29,737 nt of DNA, taken from the IMG/VR virus record IMGVR_UViG_3300025777_000007, positions 1-29,737 of that record. One strand, 5' to 3'. Numbering within the stretch: the first letter of the stretch is position 1; every line of letters starts with the position of its first letter. Positions 15,728-24,426 of this stretch are shown here, in pieces. The DNA comes from a virus. Lineage: Duplodnaviria > Caudoviricetes. The translations under genes were made by a program, and so were the position numbers. A model generated the notes under the pieces. That model made no database searches. It was not told the DNA's origin and worked only from the letters and a program-made list of their open reading frames with translations.

Positions 15728-16333
15728 ATGCACCAGACACCCCACATCACTGACCCCACACAGACTCCAGGCGAAGCGGTTCGAGCTGCCGCTGGATGGG
15801 AGTCGTTGGAAAATGGGAAGGGAACGGAGGGATATGAAAAGTTCGTTCCGACGTTAGGGAACCGGATACAGAAGGTCCGGTATACTCATGACGCTGTGAT
15901 TGATGCGATTATAGAAAATCCCTCGATATCACAGAACAATCTGGCGGCGCTCTTTGGATATACGCCTGGATGGATCTCTCAAGTGATGGGCTCGGATGCT
16001 TTTAAAAATAAGCTGGAGCAGAGGAAAGAAGAGCTCGTGGATCCGCAGATCCGGCTCAGTCTTAACGAACGCTTCAATGCGCTGGTGGGAAGGTCTCTGG
16101 ACGTGCTTCAAGAGAGGCTAATGATGCCAAACCCTGATCCGGAGTTGGCGCTGAGGGCAGCAGCTCTCGGGGCGAAGGCCCTCGGGTTAGGGGGCAATGC
16201 TCAACCAGTGGTGAGTGTCCATCACTCGAGCGACCGCTTGGAAAAGCTTGCCGACCGGCTCACGGGTCTCCTGGGCCAAAAGCGCGCCGAGGTCATTGAT
16301 ATTCAATCGCGGGAAGTCCCGCAAGGAGTCTGA
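15728..16333 (+). CDS. HTH protein, probable terminase small subunit
   Basis: ISQNNLAALFGYTPGWISQVM HTH followed by helical oligomerisation-like segments; first gene of the packaging arm; start uncertain. Confidence 0.55.
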   Translation: MHQTPHITDPTQTPGEAVRAAAGWESLENGKGTEGYEKFVPTLGNRIQKVRYTHDAVIDAIIENPSISQNNLAALFGYTPGWISQVMGSDAFKNKLEQRKEELVDPQIRLSLNERFNALVGRSLDVLQERLMMPNPDPELALRAAALGAKALGLGGNAQPVVSVHHSSDRLEKLADRLTGLLGQKRAEVIDIQSREVPQGV

Positions 16334-16334
16334 T

Positions 16335-16505
16335 ATGTACAAAGCAGGTCCAGGGGACTCTATGAAGCTGGTGAAGGGAGCGAAAGTTCTCAAGGCCGGA
16401 ACAAAGCATCCAGTGAAGGCGGCTCACCAAATCAAGCCGATCACGATCAATCCACTCTCGACTCCCGGACACACAGCCGGCAAGATCATCCAACGGAAGA
16501 AATGA
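16335..16505 (+). CDS. Small Lys-rich protein
   Basis: SD AAGGAG then MYKAGPGDS... Confidence 0.55.
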   Translation: MYKAGPGDSMKLVKGAKVLKAGTKHPVKAAHQIKPITINPLSTPGHTAGKIIQRKK

Positions 16506-16506
16506 A

Positions 16507-16782
16507 ATGACCCCACACAAGACTGGTGACTCATCTTCGATAGTGCGGGGCGTTCGGACCCACACCCCGACCCTGGCTAGTGCTCACCACAAGGGTGATT
16601 GCCTTCCGAAGAGCGTGACGTCTGTCACTGGTTATGGATCGCATGGATTGGGTAAGCACGCTCCTGACGTGAGTGGCCAACACGAGCCCACCGACGCCAA
16701 CCACACAAGGCAGCATCACAACTATGCGGCCGAGGGTCTTGGCTCCCACGAACATTCCATTGCCCCCATCCTGGGAAAATAG
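16507..16782 (+). CDS. Small His-rich, probably disordered protein
   Basis: Packed 1 bp from both neighbours. Confidence 0.55.
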   Translation: MTPHKTGDSSSIVRGVRTHTPTLASAHHKGDCLPKSVTSVTGYGSHGLGKHAPDVSGQHEPTDANHTRQHHNYAAEGLGSHEHSIAPILGK

Positions 16783-16783
16783 C

Positions 16784-17113
16784 ATGGTCACGGTTAAGAG
16801 CATCATTCAAGAGTGGCTGGGCGCCGCTCGGGTGTCGTGGATATCCAGCCAAGGGCTCCACCCCTTTGCCCTTCTTGACCTGCGTGTCCATGACCTCTCC
16901 CTGAAGATCCTCAACCATGTGTTGGAAGCGCAAGCCGAGCCGGTGCGCGAGGGTGCCCTGGATACACAGGTTTCTTCCGAAAAGCAGAACCCCCCCGTGT
17001 TGGAAACCATCTCCCCGGTTGAAGAAACGCAGGCTGCCGCGAAAGAAGTACCCGGACTTAAAGAAGTGTCTGAGCGCGCTCAGCGCGCAATGAACCAACC
17101 AGCGGCAATCTAA
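16784..17113 (+). CDS. Hypothetical protein (MVTVKSII...)
   Basis: Packed between its neighbours. Confidence 0.55.
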   Translation: MVTVKSIIQEWLGAARVSWISSQGLHPFALLDLRVHDLSLKILNHVLEAQAEPVREGALDTQVSSEKQNPPVLETISPVEETQAAAKEVPGLKEVSERAQRAMNQPAAI

Positions 17114-17428
17114 ATGCAACGCATTACGATACCCGCAAAGAATTCAGCCGAAATGCTTCGTCAAGCGTTCGACTTTACCAGTCAGCTAGGGCAGTTTTCC
17201 ACGACCACAATCACAGGGGCTTCCAGCTCCATTACTGTATACAGTGGAACAGACCCTAGCCCCTTACTCCTCGCAGGTACTGCGGTCATATCAGGACTTG
17301 TTGTAACCGTTCCTTTATCCGGCGGCGTCGCTGGTGTCCTTTACCAAGTAACTGTTACCGCCATCGCCTCCACCGGCGACATTCGTATTATCCAAGGTTT
17401 CGTCGCTATCATCAACAACCTCGCATGA
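17114..17428 (+). CDS. Small beta-sandwich virion protein (fibre/adaptor-like)
   Basis: K..E...FDF..L...TITG...LSGGVAGVLYQVTV pattern seen in phage fibre-adaptor proteins. Confidence 0.5.
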   Translation: MQRITIPAKNSAEMLRQAFDFTSQLGQFSTTTITGASSSITVYSGTDPSPLLLAGTAVISGLVVTVPLSGGVAGVLYQVTVTAIASTGDIRIIQGFVAIINNLA

Positions 17429-18876
17429 AACTTACTGCGGACCTCGTCGAAGCTTTTGCCGGTACGTTCCTGTCAGCCAGGTATGACGAAGCACAGCCGA
17501 CTCCGCAATTCCATCGCGAAGCCTGGAAGCTATATTGTTCCGACTCCGTTGAAGCAATGGTCATCGCTCCTCGCGACCATGCTAAGTCCACTGCCCTTTC
17601 CTTTGACTACACAATGGCTGCGCTTATGTTCCGCGCCGCTGACTATGTCATCATGGTGGGTTCAACCGAAGACAACGCAGCCGAACTGATCGGCAACATC
17701 TTAGAAGAGCTTCATGAAAACGAAGACCTGCAATCCCAGTTCGGTCCCTTCGAATTCCTCACCTCTTCTAAAACTGATATCATCGTCCAGTTCAAGGACA
17801 AGCATAAGTTCCGGTTACTGGCTAAGGGAGCCGGCCAACGTGTTCGTGGTAAGATGTGGAACGGCAAACGGCCCAACCTCCTTGTCTGCGATGATATGGA
17901 AGATGATGAACAAGTAGAGAATCGTGATCGTCGTATAAAGTTTCGTAAGTGGTTCTTCCGAGCTGCCAAGCAAGCACTCTCCCAATCTGGAAAGATCCGC
18001 GTCCATGGAACCATTCTACACGAAGATTCCCTCCTTGCCCGGCTCCGTAAGAACTCAGCCTGGAAGCATTTGTTTTACAAAGCTCACGCCGGGTTCGATG
18101 ATTTCTCAGACATACTTTGGCCTGAACGATGGACCGAAGCTAAGCTCCGCCAACGGCAACTTGAATTCATTGAAGACCAAGATCCAGGTGGATACTCCCA
18201 AGAGTTCCTAAACGATCCAATGGACTCGTCGGAGGCTTACCTCCGCGGCGACGACTTCATTGCGATGAGTGATAGTGACTTCGACAAGCCAATGATTATT
18301 GCGGCTGCTGCTGACTTCGCCGTTTCCAAAGCTGATAAAGCTAATCGCACTTCCTTTACCATAGGTGGCAAGTGTCAACATAATGTCTTCTACGTTCTTG
18401 ATGAGCGTGTCGGACGTTGGGACACTCTTGAGTGGGTTGATGAAATGTTTGCAATCCAAAAACGCTGGGCTCCAGATATCTTCTGGGTTGAGGATGGTGT
18501 CATCTGGAAGGGCATTGCCCCTATCATCTATAAAGAAATGCAAGCCAGAAACATCTTCATTAACGTCCAGCCTCGCCCTTCCGTCAAGGACAAAGCTACT
18601 CGTGGACGCTCCCTTCAAAAGCGTATGCGTGCTGGCGCTTGTCGTTTCGACACCTCTGGCACTTGGTTCGAAGGCTACAAGAACGAGCTCCTAAAATTTA
18701 CTGGTACATCACAAGCTACCCTTGATGACCAATTTGATTCTACCTCCCTCCTCTCATTAGGCTTTGAAGATCTAGCCCTTCTCGACGAAGAGGATTTCAT
18801 GGAAGAAGAAGAGCATTGGCTCCGCGACAACAACCCGCGCAAGCAAGCCGGTCGTAACGCAATAACCGGATACTGA
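17425..18876 (+). CDS. terL: Terminase large subunit
   Basis: APRDHAKST Walker A, VRG..RPNLLVCDDMED Walker B, HGT coupling motif, YSQEFLNDP, nuclease ADFA and DDQFDS. Confidence 0.93.
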   Translation: MKLTADLVEAFAGTFLSARYDEAQPTPQFHREAWKLYCSDSVEAMVIAPRDHAKSTALSFDYTMAALMFRAADYVIMVGSTEDNAAELIGNILEELHENEDLQSQFGPFEFLTSSKTDIIVQFKDKHKFRLLAKGAGQRVRGKMWNGKRPNLLVCDDMEDDEQVENRDRRIKFRKWFFRAAKQALSQSGKIRVHGTILHEDSLLARLRKNSAWKHLFYKAHAGFDDFSDILWPERWTEAKLRQRQLEFIEDQDPGGYSQEFLNDPMDSSEAYLRGDDFIAMSDSDFDKPMIIAAAADFAVSKADKANRTSFTIGGKCQHNVFYVLDERVGRWDTLEWVDEMFAIQKRWAPDIFWVEDGVIWKGIAPIIYKEMQARNIFINVQPRPSVKDKATRGRSLQKRMRAGACRFDTSGTWFEGYKNELLKFTGTSQATLDDQFDSTSLLSLGFEDLALLDEEDFMEEEEHWLRDNNPRKQAGRNAITGY

Positions 18877-18878
18877 AG

Positions 18879-20954
18879 ATGCATCTCGATCACCACATCA
18901 CAACTAACCTTGAGACTATGAAGTCTCCCAACCTTTGCTCTCATTGGTCTGACGAAGATCTCGATCGCATTGGTTTTGAGGTCTTTGAAGGTTATGAAGC
19001 TGATGAGCAGTCGCGCACCTCTTGGAAAGCCCGTTCTCAAGCTGCAATGGACCTTGCCCTTCAAATCCAAAAGGACAAGAACTTCCCTTGGCCCAATTGC
19101 TCTAACGTCGCCTTCCCCCTCATCACAATTGCTGTGATGCAGTTCCACGCTCGTGCCTATCCTGCTATTATCAGCGGACATGAGATCGTCAAGTGCCGCG
19201 TCATAGGAGAAGACAAAGATGGCCAAGCTCGCATTCGCGCTGATCGCATATCCACTCATATGTCTTATCAGGTGCTTGAAGAAGATCTTGCCTGGGAAGA
19301 GCAACACGACCGCCTTCTTATTAACCTTGCAGTGGTTGGCTGTGCTTTTATTAAGTCTTATTGGGATGCTCGTCTGGGCCACAATACGTCTGAGCTTGTC
19401 ACTGCAAACGACCTTGTGGTTAACTACTGGGCCAAGTCTGTCGAAACGGCTTCCCGCAAAACCCAAGTCATTATCATGTCTCGCAATGAGGTTCACGCGC
19501 GTGTTCTTCGCGGGGCGTTCAAAGACGTTCTAGATGACTCCTGGTATCAAACCGGCACTGTCACGCAGGCTCCGGGACAAGTTAAAATCGACAAGCGGAT
19601 AGGCATACAACAACCTCAGACGGATAACAAGACTCCGCTCCGTCTCCTCGAGCAACACGTCGACCTCGATCTTGATGGGGATGGGTATGCTGAGCCATAT
19701 ATTATTACAATTGACTCTGAGTCTAAAAAGGTTCTTCGGATCGTCACGCGTTTTGATCGTGAAGAAGATATTGAGCGGGTTCAAAGTGGTAAGCGAAAAG
19801 GCACTATCATTTCAATCCGCCCTATGGAGTATTTCACAAAGTATTCTTTTATCCCCTCCCCTGATGGAGGTATCTACGACATTGGCTTTGGCATCCTTAC
19901 AGGACCGCTTAACGAATCAGTCAACTCTCTTGTCAACCAGCTTATCGACGCTGGAACGATGGCAAACGGTGGAGGAGGGTTTCTGGGTCGAGGTGCAAAA
20001 ATTAGAGGTGGCGCTTATACGTTCGCGCCGTTTGAGTGGAAGCGTGTGGATTCAACAGGAGATGACCTTCACAAGTCCATCGTGCCGCTCCAGGTGCGCG
20101 AACCCAGCGGCGTGTTGCTACAGCTACTGTCCCTCCTCATTAACTATACGAACCGCATCTCCGGATCTTCCGACATGATGGCTGGTGAGAATCCCGGACA
20201 GAATACCCCTGCTCAGACTTCTCAAACAATGGTTGAGCAAGGCACAAAGATTTACTCCGCAATCTTTAAACGCATCTGGCGTTCGATGCGGGAAGAGTTT
20301 AAGAAGCTTTACGTTTTGAATTCAATCTACCTTCCCATAAAGACTACCTATGGAGAGTCCGGTGCTTTTGCTATGCGTGAGGATTATCTGGGCGATCCTT
20401 CGACCGTTGTGCCTGTGGCTGATCCTCACATATCTTCTGAGTCCGAGCGCATGAATCAAGCCATGATGCTCAAGCAAGCTGCTCACACAACCCCAGGTTA
20501 CGATCTTCAAGTTGTTGAACATCGCTTCCTCAAGGCTATGCACATTGATGGCGTAGCTCAAATCTATCCTGGCCCTGATAAGGTTCCGCCACTTCCCAAC
20601 CCTAAGATGCAAGTCGAGCAGGCCAAGCTCGAGGGAAAGAAGCTGGACCTTCAAGCCAAACAAATGCAGTTCGTTCAGAAGCTCGAAGAAGAGAAGAAGA
20701 TGAACGACGCGAAGATCGTCGAACTCCACGCCCGTGCGGCAAAGGAGATCGAAGAAGCTGGAGCTGCTCATGCAGGCATCCAACTGGCAGCATTCGAAGC
20801 CACCATGGGGGCGATGAAAGATCATTCCGATTCTTTAGATCGCCAAAGAAAGACCACCTTAGAGGAAATGAAACATGAGTCAGAACAACGTAACATGCAA
20901 GCCGGAGGAGGCCAAGGAATGGCTAGCGCATCCGGTGACCAAGGTAATGCTTAA
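18879..20954 (+). CDS. Portal protein
   Basis: Follows terL; FPWPNCSNV, NQLIDAGT motifs; long coiled-coil C-terminal barrel. Confidence 0.88.
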   Translation: MHLDHHITTNLETMKSPNLCSHWSDEDLDRIGFEVFEGYEADEQSRTSWKARSQAAMDLALQIQKDKNFPWPNCSNVAFPLITIAVMQFHARAYPAIISGHEIVKCRVIGEDKDGQARIRADRISTHMSYQVLEEDLAWEEQHDRLLINLAVVGCAFIKSYWDARLGHNTSELVTANDLVVNYWAKSVETASRKTQVIIMSRNEVHARVLRGAFKDVLDDSWYQTGTVTQAPGQVKIDKRIGIQQPQTDNKTPLRLLEQHVDLDLDGDGYAEPYIITIDSESKKVLRIVTRFDREEDIERVQSGKRKGTIISIRPMEYFTKYSFIPSPDGGIYDIGFGILTGPLNESVNSLVNQLIDAGTMANGGGGFLGRGAKIRGGAYTFAPFEWKRVDSTGDDLHKSIVPLQVREPSGVLLQLLSLLINYTNRISGSSDMMAGENPGQNTPAQTSQTMVEQGTKIYSAIFKRIWRSMREEFKKLYVLNSIYLPIKTTYGESGAFAMREDYLGDPSTVVPVADPHISSESERMNQAMMLKQAAHTTPGYDLQVVEHRFLKAMHIDGVAQIYPGPDKVPPLPNPKMQVEQAKLEGKKLDLQAKQMQFVQKLEEEKKMNDAKIVELHARAAKEIEEAGAAHAGIQLAAFEATMGAMKDHSDSLDRQRKTTLEEMKHESEQRNMQAGGGQGMASASGDQGNA

Positions 20955-21123
20955 CATGCTCGCCAACTGGAGAGAAGAACTTCGTGACCGCTTAGAGGAG
21001 GGCGCTCATCTGTATGATGCAGATAGCCGTTTTGTCCAAGCTCAGTTTGTTGGTTCTGTTCTTACCATCAAGCAACTGTTATCCATTGACGAAGAAGCCC
21101 TGTGCGGCGTAGGAGTTGAGTAA
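20875..21123 (+). CDS. Hypothetical head-module protein
   Basis: EWLAHPVTK motif; SD GAGG. Confidence 0.65.
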   Translation: MSQNNVTCKPEEAKEWLAHPVTKVMLNMLANWREELRDRLEEGAHLYDADSRFVQAQFVGSVLTIKQLLSIDEEALCGVGVE

Positions 21124-21440
21124 TGCAAAACACTTCTGGTATCACCCCACTCGGCCATGCAATCCTTGTTGCCCCTTATGAACCCGAAATTCAGCAAGGC
21201 CTTATCCAACTGCCTGACTCAGTTCGCTCACGAACTCAGATGGTGGAACAACGAGCAATCGTTATCTCGGTTGGTGCTTGTGCTTGGGACGACGAGCCTG
21301 GCCCACGTGCTGTTGCTGGTGATTGTATTCTCATGACCAAGTTTGCTGGCTACATGGCCGTTGGCCCTGATGACAACAAACAGTATCGCCTTATCAATGA
21401 TCGCGATGTATTCGCTCGCATCTCTTCGGGAGCCAAATAA
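21123..21440 (+). CDS. groES: Co-chaperonin GroES-like protein
   Basis: PLGHAILV..GLIQLPD..VISVG..GDCILMTKFAG..YRLINDRDV. Confidence 0.85.
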   Translation: MQNTSGITPLGHAILVAPYEPEIQQGLIQLPDSVRSRTQMVEQRAIVISVGACAWDDEPGPRAVAGDCILMTKFAGYMAVGPDDNKQYRLINDRDVFARISSGAK

Positions 21441-22243
21441 TGGACGCCGCAGCAGAAGCCGCATTGATGGGCTGGATACCCAAAGAACAATTTCGTGGTG
21501 ATCCTTCCAAGTGGACGGACGCCCAAGAATTTGTGGACCGCGGTAAGCACTTGATGCCTATCCTCCGCAAAAACAATGAGCGACTCGTTGGAGAGATTGA
21601 AGGGCTTAAAACGCAAGTCAATCAACTCAATGCGTCGCTCTCCGAATCCTCAGGCGCTATGAAAGACCTGATGAAATTCCACGAAGAGTCTACCAAGGCT
21701 CAAGTGGCAAAGGCAAGGGCAGATCTTCTGACCGAACTTAAGGAAGCAAAGACCGATGGGGATGTCGATGCTGAAATTGAGGCTACCGCAAAGTTATCGG
21801 AGTTCGATGCTGCTCAAAAAGCAACAAAGACTTCTGTAACACCGGCAGCCAAAGCAGAAGAAATAGCCCCAGAGGTTAAGCAATGGAACCTTGAGAATCC
21901 TTGGTACGGTGTTGATCAAGAGCGTACTGGCCTTGCAATGGGCGTTGCCCAGAAGCTACGAGCCCAGGGTACTACTCTTGTTGGCCGAGCCTTTCTTGAG
22001 CAAGTAGCCATTACGGTTGCTGAGCGCTTAGGAGAAGGCGAAATACAACAGCCTCAATCCAAGGTTGAAGGTGGCGGTCGTGGTGCTGATTCTCGTGGTG
22101 GTACCGGTTATGCCGGTCTTCCCTCCGACGCAAAGGCGCAATGCGACAAAGATGCAGGCAAGTTCGTTGGTCCTAATAAGGCTTTCAAAACGTCGAAGGA
22201 GTGGAACACCTACTTCGCAGATCAGTATTTCAAAGGTAACTAA
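21440..22243 (+). CDS. Capsid scaffolding protein
   Basis: GWIPKEQF..W..A.EFV N-terminus, coiled coil, ENPWY; lies between portal and capsid. Confidence 0.7.
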   Translation: MDAAAEAALMGWIPKEQFRGDPSKWTDAQEFVDRGKHLMPILRKNNERLVGEIEGLKTQVNQLNASLSESSGAMKDLMKFHEESTKAQVAKARADLLTELKEAKTDGDVDAEIEATAKLSEFDAAQKATKTSVTPAAKAEEIAPEVKQWNLENPWYGVDQERTGLAMGVAQKLRAQGTTLVGRAFLEQVAITVAERLGEGEIQQPQSKVEGGGRGADSRGGTGYAGLPSDAKAQCDKDAGKFVGPNKAFKTSKEWNTYFADQYFKGN

Positions 22244-22245
22244 TC

Positions 22246-22758
22246 ATGGTAACACAAGTCAGTCCCGCTAATGGTCCCGCTCCTATTACAGAGCGCAGCC
22301 GCATTCCAATGTCCGTTCCTCGGCAGAAGCTTTCTGTCAATGATATTCCAGGATACCACTTACACTGGATGAAGGGAACACCGGATCGTTTGGAACAAGC
22401 GTTGCAAGCCGGCTACGAGTTTGTACATAAGAAAGAAACCCTTCTGGCGAATCACTCCATCGGTGGTGACTCCAAAGAAGATGGCGGAACAGACTTAGGT
22501 TCGCGTGTTAGCGTTAGCGCAGGAGATGAACTCGATGGCGAAGGCCAGCCAGTCCGTCTTTACCTAATGAAGATCAAACAGGAATGGCATGAGGAAGATA
22601 TGAAAGCACAAGAGGGCAAAAGCGAACTGCTGCGCCAAGCTATGCTTCAAGGTAATGTTGGTGCGGATGCGGCTAACGCAGGCGACCAATCAAATCGGTA
22701 TGTTGGGGCTCAAACGAATCGCAACATGTTTCAACCTAGGACTATTCGGAGATCTTAA
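22246..22758 (+). CDS. Conserved hypothetical head-module protein
   Basis: PGYHLHW..R..AGYEFV..LYLMKI pattern. Confidence 0.65.
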   Translation: MVTQVSPANGPAPITERSRIPMSVPRQKLSVNDIPGYHLHWMKGTPDRLEQALQAGYEFVHKKETLLANHSIGGDSKEDGGTDLGSRVSVSAGDELDGEGQPVRLYLMKIKQEWHEEDMKAQEGKSELLRQAMLQGNVGADAANAGDQSNRYVGAQTNRNMFQPRTIRRS

Positions 22759-22760
22759 TT

Positions 22761-23375
22761 ATGGCTAACGTGAATCGCCCTTCTGGGCTACAGCCGTATG
22801 TCTACCTGAACGCCAATCCCTATGAAGGGCAAGGTCGGGTATACTACATTCCTTCGACTGACGCTAATGCTTATGCAATTGGTGACCCAGTCAAAACTCT
22901 TACAGGTGCTGCTGATGCCAATGGCGTTGGTGCAGTAACTTTGGCAACTGCCGGCGACGGCAATGCTATTCGCGGTGTCATTCTTTCGATGGGTGGCTTA
23001 ATTGAGGGCGCCCAATATGGCGACCCTAATAACTTGAACATCACAGTTATTCCTGCCACCAAGACCTATGGCTATTATGTCATGGTTTGTGATGACTCAG
23101 ATGTGTTGTTTTTGGTTCAGGAGTACTCGGGTACCGGCTCCACCAACTTGACTTCAGCAGACATTGGTAAGAACATCAACCTGAAAGCTGGCACCAACAA
23201 CGGCTTCCAGTCTGGCTGGGTTATTGATGACACAGCAGTTTCTTCTACCGCCGCAACTCGCCAACTCAAGCTGATGGGTATCCAGCGCACTCCTGACAAT
23301 GCTTTCGGTTCTTACTGCAAGTTTGTCGTGCGTATCAACAACCACGAACTCAACGGCGGCACTGCTGGCGTTTAA
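22761..23375 (+). CDS. Capsid decoration/cement protein
   Basis: MANVNRPSGLQP..IGDPV..VCDD..VRINNH; directly upstream of the capsid gene. Confidence 0.65.
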   Translation: MANVNRPSGLQPYVYLNANPYEGQGRVYYIPSTDANAYAIGDPVKTLTGAADANGVGAVTLATAGDGNAIRGVILSMGGLIEGAQYGDPNNLNITVIPATKTYGYYVMVCDDSDVLFLVQEYSGTGSTNLTSADIGKNINLKAGTNNGFQSGWVIDDTAVSSTAATRQLKLMGIQRTPDNAFGSYCKFVVRINNHELNGGTAGV

Positions 23376-23387
23376 GGAGAATAAATT

Positions 23388-24308
23388 ATGGCAGGCGGAA
23401 CAATCAACACAGGCTCTCACCCGAAACTACTTTGGCCCGGCGTACACGCTACGTGGGGTCAGATGTGGGCAGAGCACGCTCCCGAGTACACTGACCTGTA
23501 CGACATTCTTGAGTCTGGTCAGGCGTATGAAGAAGACGTTCAGCTCACCGGCTTTGGTCTGGCTCCTATCAAGGCCCAGGGCGCGTCCATTACGTTTGAC
23601 TCGGAACTGCAAGGCGCTGTAACTCGTTACCAGCACATTGCTTATGCTCTGGGTTATATCGTGACCTATGAAGAGTTGCGTGACAACCTTTATGAAGTCG
23701 TTTCTCAGCGTCGTGCGAAGGCCAACGCCTTCTCCATGGTTCAAACGATTGAAAACGTTGCAGCGTTTCTTTACAACAACGCCTTCAGCACAACGTACTT
23801 CACCACCGGTGATGGCGCAGCTCTGATCTCCACTCAGCACGTTAACGTGACTGGTGGTAACTACTCGAACGCCCTTTCCCCTGCAGCTGACTTGGCTGAG
23901 TCTTCTTTGGAAGATTTGACCATCCAGATCATGGGCGCTCAAACCGACCGCGGCTTGCTGATTAACATCATGCCACGTTCCCTTCACATCGCTCGTCAAG
24001 AGTGGTACAATGCAAACCGTATCCTGAAGAGTGTGTTGCAAGCCAACACCTCCAACAACAACATTAACGTGTTGAAGGCTACCAATGCATTCCCTGAAGG
24101 CATCAAGATGAACCATTACTTCTCGTCGGCACATGCGTTCTTCATCCGGACCAATTGCCCTCACGGTATGCAGTTGTTCTGGCGCGACAAGCCTGAGTTT
24201 GACCAAGACAATGACTTTGACACGAAAAATGCTAAAGCCGCATCGTATATGCGTATGAGCGTCGGAGCCACTGACCCACGGGGTATCTTTGGTTCTAACG
24301 GACCTTAA
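23388..24308 (+). CDS. Major capsid protein
   Basis: LWPG..YEED..GFGLAPIK.QG..ALGYIVT.E..DN, GDG..L.S..H, DPRGIFGS; strong SD AAGGAG. Confidence 0.88.
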   Translation: MAGGTINTGSHPKLLWPGVHATWGQMWAEHAPEYTDLYDILESGQAYEEDVQLTGFGLAPIKAQGASITFDSELQGAVTRYQHIAYALGYIVTYEELRDNLYEVVSQRRAKANAFSMVQTIENVAAFLYNNAFSTTYFTTGDGAALISTQHVNVTGGNYSNALSPAADLAESSLEDLTIQIMGAQTDRGLLINIMPRSLHIARQEWYNANRILKSVLQANTSNNNINVLKATNAFPEGIKMNHYFSSAHAFFIRTNCPHGMQLFWRDKPEFDQDNDFDTKNAKAASYMRMSVGATDPRGIFGSNGP

Positions 24309-24345
24309 TACAACGATTGACCGGAGAGGTCCGGTAATGTAGATG

Positions 24346-24381
24346 ATGTGTTCACATTAAATAAAAATGATGTGTTCACAT
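24346..24381. promoter_or_regulatory. Paired palindromic operators (24-bp period) after the capsid gene
   Basis: ATGTGTTCACAT at 24346 and 24370. Confidence 0.8.
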
Positions 24382-24426
24382 CCGCATTGGCAGGGGGCGT
24401 ATCCCTGTCCATTCTAGGAGTTTCAA

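Noticed and set aside
18675-24206. Long minus-strand ORFs (18675-19496, 20322-20825, 23427-24206)
   Set aside because: Antisense shadows of terL, portal and capsid genes.
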